Source: a virus (lineage: Duplodnaviria > Heunggongvirae > Uroviricota > Caudoviricetes). From it: 40,305 nucleotides of DNA. The position numbers and the translations under genes are program-made. The notes under the pieces are model-generated. The model was not told the origin of the DNA. It ran no database searches and saw only the letters and a program-made list of their open reading frames with translations. Of this stretch, positions 9,395 through 18,050 are shown in pieces. The stretch lies in the IMG/VR virus record IMGVR_UViG_2721755720_000005; one strand, 5' to 3'. How positions within the stretch are numbered: the stretch's first letter is position 1; the number at the start of each line of letters is the position of its first letter.

Positions 9395-9817
9395 ATGGCT
9401 GAAACACAGATGAGCATGTTTGGTGACAGCGAACAGCTGCACGCGCTGATTGACCGTCTGGATGACATTCCTGATGATGAGCTGAAAAAGAACTGGCCCG
9501 GCACGCTGCGGGACCTGGTTGATGTGATCAGTGCTGAACTGCACCGTCAGGGGATTGAACCTGCTCAGGCGGGAATGCTTGCCCGTAAGGTTGCGGCCGC
9601 ACAGGCCGGGTACATGGGCGGGCGTGGTTATTATCTCCCGGTCGGTGAATCCCTTTTCACCGAACTGCGCAATAATGAGATTTTTTCCCGCTGGAGCCAG
9701 GGCGAAAAAATTGAAACCCTGCGCCGCCACTACCAGATGTCAGAGACGCAGATTTACTCCGTTATCCGTAACCAGCGCCGCCTGCATCAGGAACGCACGC
9801 AGCCCCGGCTTTTCTGA
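9395..9817 (+). CDS. Mor/C-family transcriptional activator (middle/late gene activator)
   Basis: 140 aa; SD GGAGG; C-terminal HTH; sits between the early terminator and the lysis genes. Confidence 0.8.
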   Translation: MAETQMSMFGDSEQLHALIDRLDDIPDDELKKNWPGTLRDLVDVISAELHRQGIEPAQAGMLARKVAAAQAGYMGGRGYYLPVGESLFTELRNNEIFSRWSQGEKIETLRRHYQMSETQIYSVIRNQRRLHQERTQPRLF

Positions 9818-9888
9818 TATTCCGCAAATCCTGCCCACTTTTTCCCACGGTTACGCTGACTCAGAGAACACCATGAGACAGCGTAACA

Positions 9889-10389
9889 ATGCCAAAACTC
9901 CCCGCGCCACTGCGTAAAAAGCTGATTGCCCTTGTCCTGGCCGGAGCCGGGACGTTCACCATTGCCACGCACTACACCGGCTACTGGGAAGGGAAAGGAA
10001 ACACCACGTATATTGATCCCACCGGCACCCCCACCATCTGTTACGGCCATACCGGCCCGGATGTGAAACCGGGGATGACAAAAACTGATGAAGAGTGTCT
10101 GGAGCTGCTGGAAAAGGACATGAAATGGGCCTTTGCGGCCATTGATCGTTATGTTCAGGTGCCGCTTACCCGTGGTCAGACGGTGGCGCTGGCCTCCTGG
10201 ATTTTCTGGGCCGGTGAAACGAACTTTCGCAACTCCACGCTCCTGCGCCTTATCAATGCCGGGCAGATGCCTGCGTCCTGTAAGCAGTATATCCGCTGGA
10301 TTTATTCAAAGGGGGTAAAACTCCCCGGTCTTGAGGCCCGCCGTTCGGCGGATGAATGGTTATGTCGTTACGATTTGCCGAAAGTCTGA
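9889..10389 (+). CDS. lys: SAR endolysin, glycoside hydrolase family 24 lysozyme
   Basis: 166 aa; N-terminal signal-anchor-release-like helix LIALVLAGAGTFTIA followed by E-x8-D-x5-T catalytic spacing. Confidence 0.9.
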   Translation: MPKLPAPLRKKLIALVLAGAGTFTIATHYTGYWEGKGNTTYIDPTGTPTICYGHTGPDVKPGMTKTDEECLELLEKDMKWAFAAIDRYVQVPLTRGQTVALASWIFWAGETNFRNSTLLRLINAGQMPASCKQYIRWIYSKGVKLPGLEARRSADEWLCRYDLPKV

Positions 10390-10483
10390 ACCGCTTCTGG
10401 CGACCGCTCATGATTGCGCTGCTGTGTGCTGTTGTGGTGCTGCGGGGTGTGCTGTGGCTGCGGTGAATAATCCCTTGCCGGCC

Positions 10484-10852
10484 ATGATTGCCGGAGGCTG
10501 TATGGCGGCGCTGGGAGTGATGAGCGTGCTGGCTGCCGTGGTATGGGGAATGCACCAGAAGACGCAGCGCCTTGAGGACAATAATCATGTGCTTGTGCGT
10601 GAACGGGACGAAGCCCGTCTGGTGCTGGCAAACCAGCAACGCACCCTGCAACTCATTTCACAAATCAGCAAGGCGGCCACGAATGAAAAACAGCAGAACA
10701 TGCAGCACAGCGAGGAACAGCAGAGCATTGTCCGCCGGTCGCTGGCAACGGTGCCTGCGGCCTCTGTTCCTGTGCCTGATGATGTGGCTGACCGGGTGCG
10801 GCGGGCCGTCTGTGAAATACGTGCCGGTGAAGCCGGTGCCGATCCCCGCTGA
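10484..10852 (+). CDS. i-spanin (Rz-like)
   Basis: N-terminal TM helix then coiled-coil-rich periplasmic region; start within ORF 10331-10852 chosen at ATG 10484. Confidence 0.6.
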   Translation: MIAGGCMAALGVMSVLAAVVWGMHQKTQRLEDNNHVLVRERDEARLVLANQQRTLQLISQISKAATNEKQQNMQHSEEQQSIVRRSLATVPAASVPVPDDVADRVRRAVCEIRAGEAGADPR

Positions 10853-11054
10853 ATGGCTGGCTGACTGCCTGGTCCCTCCTGTGCCGCAGCCGTTCACGTT
10901 TGGCGCATCGGTCACTTACAACCTGCAACTGCTGGCGGTGATTAAGAACTGCAACGTGGACAAGGCCAGCATCCGCCGTCTGGAGGCACAGCGACAGCAT
11001 GAATTTACTGATATGGCCGGAACGACTGCTGTTCCGGCAGGAAAGACAAAGTAA
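10683..11054 (+). CDS. o-spanin (Rz1-like outer-membrane lipoprotein), overlapped with the i-spanin in another frame
   Basis: Lipobox L-T-G-C followed by proline-rich segment; start within ORF 10572-11054 uncertain. Confidence 0.6.
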   Translation: MKNSRTCSTARNSRALSAGRWQRCLRPLFLCLMMWLTGCGGPSVKYVPVKPVPIPAEWLADCLVPPVPQPFTFGASVTYNLQLLAVIKNCNVDKASIRRLEAQRQHEFTDMAGTTAVPAGKTK

Positions 11055-11064
11055 GGAAAAAGGT

Positions 11065-11292
11065 ATGGATGATTCAGATTGTGCTCAGGCAGTCATGGAG
11101 CGGGCAACAGAACGCGCCTTTTGTGACCGGCTGACACGTAAGCGCCGGGTGGTGGAAACACCGGGCAGGCGTGTATGCGCGGACTGCGGGGGTGACATTC
11201 CGGCCGCCCGTCTGGTTGCTGTGCCGGATGCCATCCGTTGTGTGAACTGCCAGAACATCATGGAGGCCGGTCATGTGGGTCAGCATCGTTAA
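11065..11292 (+). CDS. TraR/DksA-family C4 zinc-finger protein
   Basis: CADC-x17-CVNC zinc-finger spacing; ATG 11065 preceded by AAGGAAAAAGG. Confidence 0.7.
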   Translation: MDDSDCAQAVMERATERAFCDRLTRKRRVVETPGRRVCADCGGDIPAARLVAVPDAIRCVNCQNIMEAGHVGQHR

Positions 11293-11584
11293 AGATTATG
11301 TCGTGCCGATCCTGTCGGCAACGGCCACGGCCGGGGGGATCTTTATGGCGCTGATGCGCAAAACCTTTGTCCCCCGCGAGGCCTTTGAAAAACTCTCCGA
11401 CCGGGTTGAGCGGGTGGAGAGCAGGATTTCCGGCCTGCCCACGCAGCAGGAGGTGAACAGACTCAATATCGAAATCACCACCCTGCGCGGTGAGCTTAAG
11501 GCCACCAATGCCACCCTGAAATCCGTCTCCCACCAGAACGAACTGCTGCTGGAGCAGGCTGTAAGGAAAAAACACAATGAGTGA
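11273..11584 (+). CDS. Small membrane/coiled-coil protein, possible lysis accessory (releasin-like by position)
   Basis: 103 aa; N-terminal hydrophobic helix then coiled coil; SD GGAGG. Confidence 0.55.
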   Translation: MWVSIVKDYVVPILSATATAGGIFMALMRKTFVPREAFEKLSDRVERVESRISGLPTQQEVNRLNIEITTLRGELKATNATLKSVSHQNELLLEQAVRKKHNE

Positions 11585-11867
11585 TTTCATTACTGAAGAT
11601 CAGCGTCTTGTCATTCTGCGGTCGCTGGCGGATTACAACGGCGAACTGGGCGAATCCGTGCTTCAGGACTGCCTCGATGATTACGGCCACCGCGTGTCCC
11701 GCGACACCGTTCATACCCACATTGCCTGGCTTGCCGAGCAGGGGCTGGTGCGTAAGCGCACGCTTGTTAACGGTTATTTCATCGCTGAACTGACCGGCCG
11801 GGGTCAGGATGTGGCGGAAGGCCGCGCCACCGTTCCGGGTGTGAAGAAACCACGCGCAAGGGGGTAA
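11577..11867 (+). CDS. Hypothetical protein with HTH-like segment
   Basis: 96 aa; SD AAGGAAAAAA; central HTH-like segment. Confidence 0.6.
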   Translation: MSDFITEDQRLVILRSLADYNGELGESVLQDCLDDYGHRVSRDTVHTHIAWLAEQGLVRKRTLVNGYFIAELTGRGQDVAEGRATVPGVKKPRARG

Positions 11868-11869
11868 CG

Positions 11870-12451
11870 ATGGATAAGCCAACGCGTGGCCGTGTACGCA
11901 AGGTGGATTTGCTCCCCGACAGCATCCGTAAGCCGCTGCTGGAAATGCTGCGTGAAAAACGTCTGACGCAGGTCCAGATCCGCGAGGAAATCAACCGTCT
12001 GATCCGTGAGGCAGGACTGCCGGAAGAGCAGCAGCTTTCACCGGCGGCCATCAGCCGGGAAGCCTCCCGTAATGAGCTGATTGCCCGTAACCTGCGTGAT
12101 TTGCGCGAGCAGACAAAAGCCATGATGGCCGAACTGGGGGACAAGCCAACCGGTGAAACCACGGCACTGATTCTGGAAATGTCCCGCGCCCTGATGTACC
12201 GCCGCCTGCGTGCTGCCACCGAATCCCTGAACAGCGACAGCGACGTGGATATGCGCCTCATCAAGGACATACTCCTGTCGGCACAGCGTGCGGAAAGCGC
12301 CGCCGAGCGCAGCATTAAGCGTGAAAAAGAAATCCGGGCCGCATTTGCTGAAGAGATGGCGAACGCGGTCACCGACGAGTTGCGTGGCGTGGATGGCATG
12401 AGCGAGCAGATAGAATTCCGTATCAGGCAGATGCTGCTTGGTAAGGCGTAG
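11870..12451 (+). CDS. Mu gp27-like protein (putative terminase small subunit / DNA-binding packaging protein)
   Basis: 193 aa; SD AGGGGG; positioned before the large terminase; helical, charged. Confidence 0.7.
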   Translation: MDKPTRGRVRKVDLLPDSIRKPLLEMLREKRLTQVQIREEINRLIREAGLPEEQQLSPAAISREASRNELIARNLRDLREQTKAMMAELGDKPTGETTALILEMSRALMYRRLRAATESLNSDSDVDMRLIKDILLSAQRAESAAERSIKREKEIRAAFAEEMANAVTDELRGVDGMSEQIEFRIRQMLLGKA

Positions 12452-12461
12452 GAGGTGAATA

Positions 12462-12710
12462 ATGGAAAAGAATATCAGGGCGCTAATAATCAGCGCCCGG
12501 CATGAAGCATTCAATCTTGCAACACAGTTACCTCCTGAAACCATAAAAGCGTGTCGTGAGTTGACTGAACTCAGCATTGCCGGGGAAATATCCCTGGAAC
12601 AACTGCATTTGCTGCTGGCAGGGGCTGTCACTGATGAATTGAGCAGCGTGGACGTGATGACTGAAGAGCTTGAGTCCAGAATCAGGGGCATTCTGACAGG
12701 TAAAGCATGA
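12462..12710 (+). CDS. Small protein whose C-terminus duplicates the C-terminus of the preceding gp27-like protein
   Basis: 82 aa; strong SD GGAGGTG; C-terminal AVTDELSSVDVMTEELESRIRGILTGKA parallels AVTDELRGVDGMSEQIEFRIRQMLLGKA. Confidence 0.6.
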   Translation: MEKNIRALIISARHEAFNLATQLPPETIKACRELTELSIAGEISLEQLHLLLAGAVTDELSSVDVMTEELESRIRGILTGKA

Positions 12711-14374
12711 TGAACGAAGCCAAAGAAACGTCTCCTTCACTGATACAAATGACGCCTCCCCGCAAAATTGATCTGTCCGGTGAAAAAGCCCTGCTGGGCG
12801 TGGATGTGCCGGATAGCCTTGATTTGCCCGGTGATATGCCGGTGTTTCTGGATTATCAGGCCCGCTGGTTTGCGGATGAAAGTCAGGTCTGCATCGCGGA
12901 GAAATCACGACGCACCGGTCTTACCTGGGCGGAAGCCGGGCGTAACGTCATTACCGCCGCAAAACCGAAGCGGCGTGGTGGCCGTAATGTGTTTTATGTA
13001 GGATCAAAGCAGGAGATGGCGCTGGAATATATTTCTGCCTGCGCGCTGTTCTCCCGTGCCTTTAACCAGCTGGCAGATGCTGATGTGTATGAACAGACCT
13101 TCTGGGATCGGGATAAAAAAGAAGAAATTCTGACCTACATGATCCGCTTTCCGAACAGTGGATTCAAAATTCAGGCACTGTCTTCCCGTCCATCAAACCT
13201 GCGCGGCCTTCAGGGGGATGTGGTGATTGATGAAGCCGCGTTCCACGAGTCGCTGGATGAGCTTCTCAAGGCGGCAATGGCGCTCACCATGTGGGGCGCG
13301 CGCGTGCGTATTATCTCCACGCATAACGGCGTCGATAATCTGTTTAATCAGTACATTCAGGAAGCCCGCGAGGGGCGCAAGGATTACAGCGTCCACCGCA
13401 TAACCCTGGATGATGCCATTGCGGACGGATTATACCGTCGTATCTGTTACGTCACCGATCAGGAATGGTCACCGGAAAGCGAGCAGAAATGGCGTGATGA
13501 TCTCTACAAAAACGCCCCGACCCGTGAGGATGCCGACGAGGAATACGGCTGTATCCCGAAAAAATCCGGCGGTGCCTATATTCCTCACGCGCTTATTGAA
13601 ATGGCGATGATCCGCGACATCCCGATTCTGACGTTTGAAGCCCCGGACAACTTCATCAGCCGTGCCGCATGGCTGCGTGAATCGGAAGTTTTAACCTGGT
13701 GTGAAGAACATTTAAAACCGCTTTTAGAGAAATTAAATCCCCGTTCCCGCTTCAGCTTCGGGGAAGACTTTGCCCGCACCGGTGACCTGTCCTGCTTTGT
13801 GCTGCTGGAAATCACCGAATCCCTGGCAAAGCGCGAGGTGTTTCGCGTGGAGCTGCGCAACCTGCCGTATGCCCAGCAGGAACAGGTGATGATGTACATC
13901 CTGACCCGCGTTCCGGCGCTGGTCGGTGCGGCGTTCGACGCCACCGGTAACGGCGGCTATCTGGCAGAGGCCGCACTGCTGGCCTTTGGCCCGGACATCA
14001 TCGACTGCGTGATGTTGTCGCCGAAGTGGTACGGCGAGTGGATGCCAAAACTGAAAGCCGAGTTTGAAGATCAGAATATCCTCGTCGCCCGCCATCAGAC
14101 CACGCTTGATGATTTGCGCCATGTGAAGGTGGTGAATGGTATCCCGCAAATCGACAAGGGGCGCACGAAGGACCAGAACGCAACGGCTGCGAACGCCCGC
14201 CGCCATGGTGATTTTGCCGTGGCACTCTGTATGGCAAACCGGGCGTCATACATGGAGGGTTTCATCCTGGATGAATCAGCCTGTCAGGCGCTGCCGGAGC
14301 GGTCGCGGGCAATGGAGGGCGGTTATCGTGATGACGATGAGGCATATCATGAATTTGATCGGGGGTGCTGGTAG
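12707..14374 (+). CDS. Terminase large subunit
   Basis: 555 aa; ATPase plus nuclease-sized protein preceding the portal. Confidence 0.9.
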   Translation: MMNEAKETSPSLIQMTPPRKIDLSGEKALLGVDVPDSLDLPGDMPVFLDYQARWFADESQVCIAEKSRRTGLTWAEAGRNVITAAKPKRRGGRNVFYVGSKQEMALEYISACALFSRAFNQLADADVYEQTFWDRDKKEEILTYMIRFPNSGFKIQALSSRPSNLRGLQGDVVIDEAAFHESLDELLKAAMALTMWGARVRIISTHNGVDNLFNQYIQEAREGRKDYSVHRITLDDAIADGLYRRICYVTDQEWSPESEQKWRDDLYKNAPTREDADEEYGCIPKKSGGAYIPHALIEMAMIRDIPILTFEAPDNFISRAAWLRESEVLTWCEEHLKPLLEKLNPRSRFSFGEDFARTGDLSCFVLLEITESLAKREVFRVELRNLPYAQQEQVMMYILTRVPALVGAAFDATGNGGYLAEAALLAFGPDIIDCVMLSPKWYGEWMPKLKAEFEDQNILVARHQTTLDDLRHVKVVNGIPQIDKGRTKDQNATAANARRHGDFAVALCMANRASYMEGFILDESACQALPERSRAMEGGYRDDDEAYHEFDRGCW

Positions 14375-15963
14375 TGGGACGCATCATTGATACTAACGGA
14401 AAACCTTTCTCCTTTGACCCGGAGATGCAGAGTGCCGCGCTGGATATTCCGCAGATTGCCAGCCGTTATATTGAACATCCGGCTTCGGGTATCACCCCGA
14501 ACCGGGCGGCGCAGTGCCTTCGCGGGGCTGAACGTGGCGATCTGATTGCCCAGTCCGATCTGGCCGCTGATATTGAAGAAAAGGACACCCACCTTTTTGC
14601 GGAGCTGGGCAAGCGACGTCTTGCCATTCAGGGGGTGCCATGGAGCATTGAGCCGCCACCGAACGCCAGCGCGAATGAGAAAAAGGACGCGGAAATGCTC
14701 GACGAATATCTGCATTCCGCCGACTGGTTTGATGCCATGCTGTTTGACGCCACGGATGCCATCCTGAAGGGCTATTCCTGCATGGAAATCGAGCACGGGA
14801 TGCTCGGTAAAATGCACATCATCCGCGCCATCCGCTGGCGTGACAGCGGGCATTTCTGCCTTAACCCGGATGATTTGAGCGAGCTGCGACTGCGTGACGG
14901 CAGCCATGCCGGGGTGGCGTTTCAGCCCTTTGGCTGGATAGTGCATCAGTCGCGTTCACGCACCGGCTATGGTGGTGCAACCGGGCTTGTCCGGACGCTT
15001 ATCTGGCCGTTCATTTTCAAAAACTATTCCGTGCGCGATCTGGCGGAATTTCTGGAGGTGTACGGCCTGCCAATGAAGGTCGGGAAATACCCGTCCGGGG
15101 CAACGCCGGAGCAGAAAAGTGCCCTGATGCGGGCGGTGATGGATATCGGGCGACGTACAGGCGGGATCATCCCGGCCGGGATGTCGCTGGAGTTTCAGGC
15201 GGCAGCGAACGGTCAGGCCGATCCGTTTGAAACCATGATTTCGTGGGGGGAGCGTTCCATCTCCAAAGCAATACTCGGCGGTACGCTGACCACGGAAGCC
15301 GGAGACAAAGGCGCGCGCTCACTGGGTGAGGTGCATAACGAGGTGCGCCGGGAAATCAGGGATTCTGATTTGCGCCAGCTGGCTGCAACCCTGAACCGAG
15401 ATCTGGTGTATCCGCTGTATGCTCTGAACACCACGCATGTCATTGATATCCGCCGTCTGCCGCGTATCTGTTTCCAGACCAAAGAACCGGGGGATATCAC
15501 CAAAATAACCAGTGCGGTGATGCAACTCAGTGCGGGGATGGATATTCCTGATCCCTGGGTACGGGAGCAGACCGGTATTCCACAGCCCACGCCCGGTGAA
15601 GCCATATTCCGTGTCCGTCAGAACAGTAATGAACCGGCCATGCCTGACAGGGAAACGCTACCGGAAAAACAGGAAAAGACAGAACAGACGGCGCTTTCAG
15701 CCCGACTGCCGGAAGCGAAAAACACGCCGCGTGATGAACTGGACGACATGGGGGACGCGGTGCCTGCCCGCCGCTTACAGGAGGCCATCGATCCGGTGCT
15801 GGAGCCGGTCATTGATGCCATCAGAACGCGGGGGCTGGCGGATGCGCTGGCAGACCTGCCTGCCCTTTATCGTGAAATGGATGATTCCCGCCTGATGACG
15901 CTGCTCAGTGATGCCATGTTCGCTGCGGAAATGAAGGGGATGCTGGATGACACAGGGGATTGA
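14365..15963 (+). CDS. Portal protein (Mu gp29-like)
   Basis: 532 aa; GTG start overlapping the terminase stop; followed by F. Confidence 0.9.
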   Translation: MLVVGRIIDTNGKPFSFDPEMQSAALDIPQIASRYIEHPASGITPNRAAQCLRGAERGDLIAQSDLAADIEEKDTHLFAELGKRRLAIQGVPWSIEPPPNASANEKKDAEMLDEYLHSADWFDAMLFDATDAILKGYSCMEIEHGMLGKMHIIRAIRWRDSGHFCLNPDDLSELRLRDGSHAGVAFQPFGWIVHQSRSRTGYGGATGLVRTLIWPFIFKNYSVRDLAEFLEVYGLPMKVGKYPSGATPEQKSALMRAVMDIGRRTGGIIPAGMSLEFQAAANGQADPFETMISWGERSISKAILGGTLTTEAGDKGARSLGEVHNEVRREIRDSDLRQLAATLNRDLVYPLYALNTTHVIDIRRLPRICFQTKEPGDITKITSAVMQLSAGMDIPDPWVREQTGIPQPTPGEAIFRVRQNSNEPAMPDRETLPEKQEKTEQTALSARLPEAKNTPRDELDDMGDAVPARRLQEAIDPVLEPVIDAIRTRGLADALADLPALYREMDDSRLMTLLSDAMFAAEMKGMLDDTGD

Positions 15964-17278
15964 TTTAGGTTATGCCGCCACGCTTCCCTCAAAAGAAGCG
16001 GTGGCATACTTCCGTGCCAAAGGGGCGCATATCAGCTGGAACTGGTTCGAAACAGCCGCGGATGTTCATGCCCGCTCATTCACGGCAGCAAAAGCGGCAC
16101 GCCTGGATGTGGTGACCACGTTACAGGCCGAAGTGCAGCGGGCCATTGATGAGGGAATTTCACAGAAAGAATTTATCCGCACGCTGACGCCACGCCTGCA
16201 AAAGCTGGGATGGTGGGGAAAGCAGGTGGTGGTGGACAGCGACGGTAACGCGGAAGAAGTGCAACTGGGCAGTCCCCGTCGTCTGGCGCTGATTTACAAC
16301 GTGAACACCCGTGTGGCTTACAATGCCGGGCGTTACACGCAGATGATGAACAACACGGACACGCATCCGTTCTGGCAGTATGTGGCCGTCATAGACAGCA
16401 GAACGAGGCCAGAACACGCAAAACTGCATCTGCTGGTTTTTCGTTTCGATGATGTATTCTGGCAAACGCATTATCCCCCTAATGACTGGGAATGCCGGTG
16501 CCGTGTTCGGGCTTTATCTGCCGCCCGCATGAAAGCCATGGGGCTGACAGTCAGCTATGGCGCATCGTATATGCACACCCATGAAGTGGATGCCGGTACA
16601 GATAAGGCCTCAGGTGAATTGTTTCGCACCACTTCCACTACGTTTGATAATGGACGAGTGAAAATGACGCCGGGTGTGGGCTGGTCATATAACCCCGGCT
16701 CGGCGGCGTTCGGCACAGACCAGGCGCTTATCCGTAAACTGATCGAGGTGAAAAGCCCGGCGTTACGGGAAATGGTGGTTCAGGAGATGAACAACAGCCC
16801 GGAGCGGCAGCTGGCGTTCCGCATCTGGGCAAAAAACATCATGCAGACCCGGCGAGGTGGTAACGATATCCGCACGCTGGGCTTTATGACCGAAAGTATT
16901 GCTCAGGCAGTGGAAAGCCGGACGGGAACGCCACCGGCCCGCCTGCTGGCGATGAGCGGTAAAAATGTGCTCCATGCAGACAGTGTGAAACATCAGAATG
17001 ACGGCATCGCCCTGATGCCAGAGGACTTCGGGCGCTTACCGGCAATGCTGGCAAAGCCAAAAGCGGTGCTGTGGGACAAACGGCACAACAATCTGATGTA
17101 TATCGTGGAAAATAAGGATGGCAGTGTGCAGATTGCCGTTAATGCACCGTACAGTCTGAAACGTCAGCCCGACAAACTGGATGTGATTGTGAATGCTTAC
17201 CGGGTTATCAATATGGATAAGCTGAAATCGGATATCCGGGGCGGAATGCTTGAGGTGCTGGAAGGACAAATTGATTAA
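15947..17278 (+). CDS. Head morphogenesis protein (Mu F-like)
   Basis: 443 aa; position after portal. Confidence 0.85.
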   Translation: MTQGIDLGYAATLPSKEAVAYFRAKGAHISWNWFETAADVHARSFTAAKAARLDVVTTLQAEVQRAIDEGISQKEFIRTLTPRLQKLGWWGKQVVVDSDGNAEEVQLGSPRRLALIYNVNTRVAYNAGRYTQMMNNTDTHPFWQYVAVIDSRTRPEHAKLHLLVFRFDDVFWQTHYPPNDWECRCRVRALSAARMKAMGLTVSYGASYMHTHEVDAGTDKASGELFRTTSTTFDNGRVKMTPGVGWSYNPGSAAFGTDQALIRKLIEVKSPALREMVVQEMNNSPERQLAFRIWAKNIMQTRRGGNDIRTLGFMTESIAQAVESRTGTPPARLLAMSGKNVLHADSVKHQNDGIALMPEDFGRLPAMLAKPKAVLWDKRHNNLMYIVENKDGSVQIAVNAPYSLKRQPDKLDVIVNAYRVINMDKLKSDIRGGMLEVLEGQID

Positions 17279-17399
17279 CGGTCAGTGGCGGGGGTCGAAC
17301 CCGCATACATGATCCACCCGGAGGCAGGCACCAACTTTACCAGTTAAGCGTACACTGACCGCCTGTTTATTTTATATTCATCCTTTATGCGGAGGCAAT

Positions 17400-17873
17400 A
17401 TGTCATCCATTGATGCCGCTGTCGTTGTTGACGTTACGCGTCTCCAGCGGGTGTTTGCCCGGCTTCAGTTTGTGGGCGGCGGAAAAGACCTGGCCCGCAG
17501 TGTGGCGGAGAGTCTTCTGTCATCGTCAGAAATGGCGTTTGAACAGGAAAAAGAGCCGGACGGCGAACGCTGGCATGACTGGTCAGATCCTTACCGCAAG
17601 TGGCGTACCCGTAAGGGATACACGCCCGGTAAAATCCTGACGCTGAACGGGGATCTGGCCCGACGGCTGACCACGGATTATGGCGATACCTGGGCGCTGA
17701 TTGGATCAAATGAGCCTTATGCGGCCATTCATCAGTGGGGTGGCCTGCCCGGTATGCCACCGGGACCGGCGGCCATTGGTGCACGTCCGTATATGGGCTT
17801 TGATCAGGTGGCAGAACAGGAGATCATGGACGAAATCAGAAAACGCTTTAAAAAGGCCACAGAAACGCCGTAA
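17400..17873 (+). CDS. Virion morphogenesis protein (Mu G-like)
   Basis: 157 aa; SD GGAGG; position between F and the protease/scaffold gene. Confidence 0.8.
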   Translation: MSSIDAAVVVDVTRLQRVFARLQFVGGGKDLARSVAESLLSSSEMAFEQEKEPDGERWHDWSDPYRKWRTRKGYTPGKILTLNGDLARRLTTDYGDTWALIGSNEPYAAIHQWGGLPGMPPGPAAIGARPYMGFDQVAEQEIMDEIRKRFKKATETP

Positions 17874-18050
17874 TGGTTTAAGGTATACAAACGCATTACC
17901 TTACCCTCTTCAGGCGCGTGTCGTGATTTTCTAACCTGTATTTAACGGGCTTTAAAATCTGCGTGAAGCGCCTTTCTCATTTTTCCCCTGTCAGCACTTT
18001 CTGAAGTCCCGCAAAACCGGCCCTGAAAAACACCGGCTTATGCTGCCGGA

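Noticed and set aside
10410-10466. 18-codon hydrophobic mini-ORF between endolysin and i-spanin as a holin
   Set aside because: Too short for any holin class; more likely a frame artefact or leader peptide
11779-12691. Minus-strand ORFs of 206 and 217 aa overlapping the gp27-like and adjacent genes
   Set aside because: Antisense to co-directional, well-supported phage genes; Ser/Arg-rich low-complexity products; no start context
17279-17361. Possible complete tRNA gene
   Set aside because: T-arm and acceptor-like pairing are present but no D-arm or anticodon arm could be folded, and the spacing is too long; kept only as a structured element
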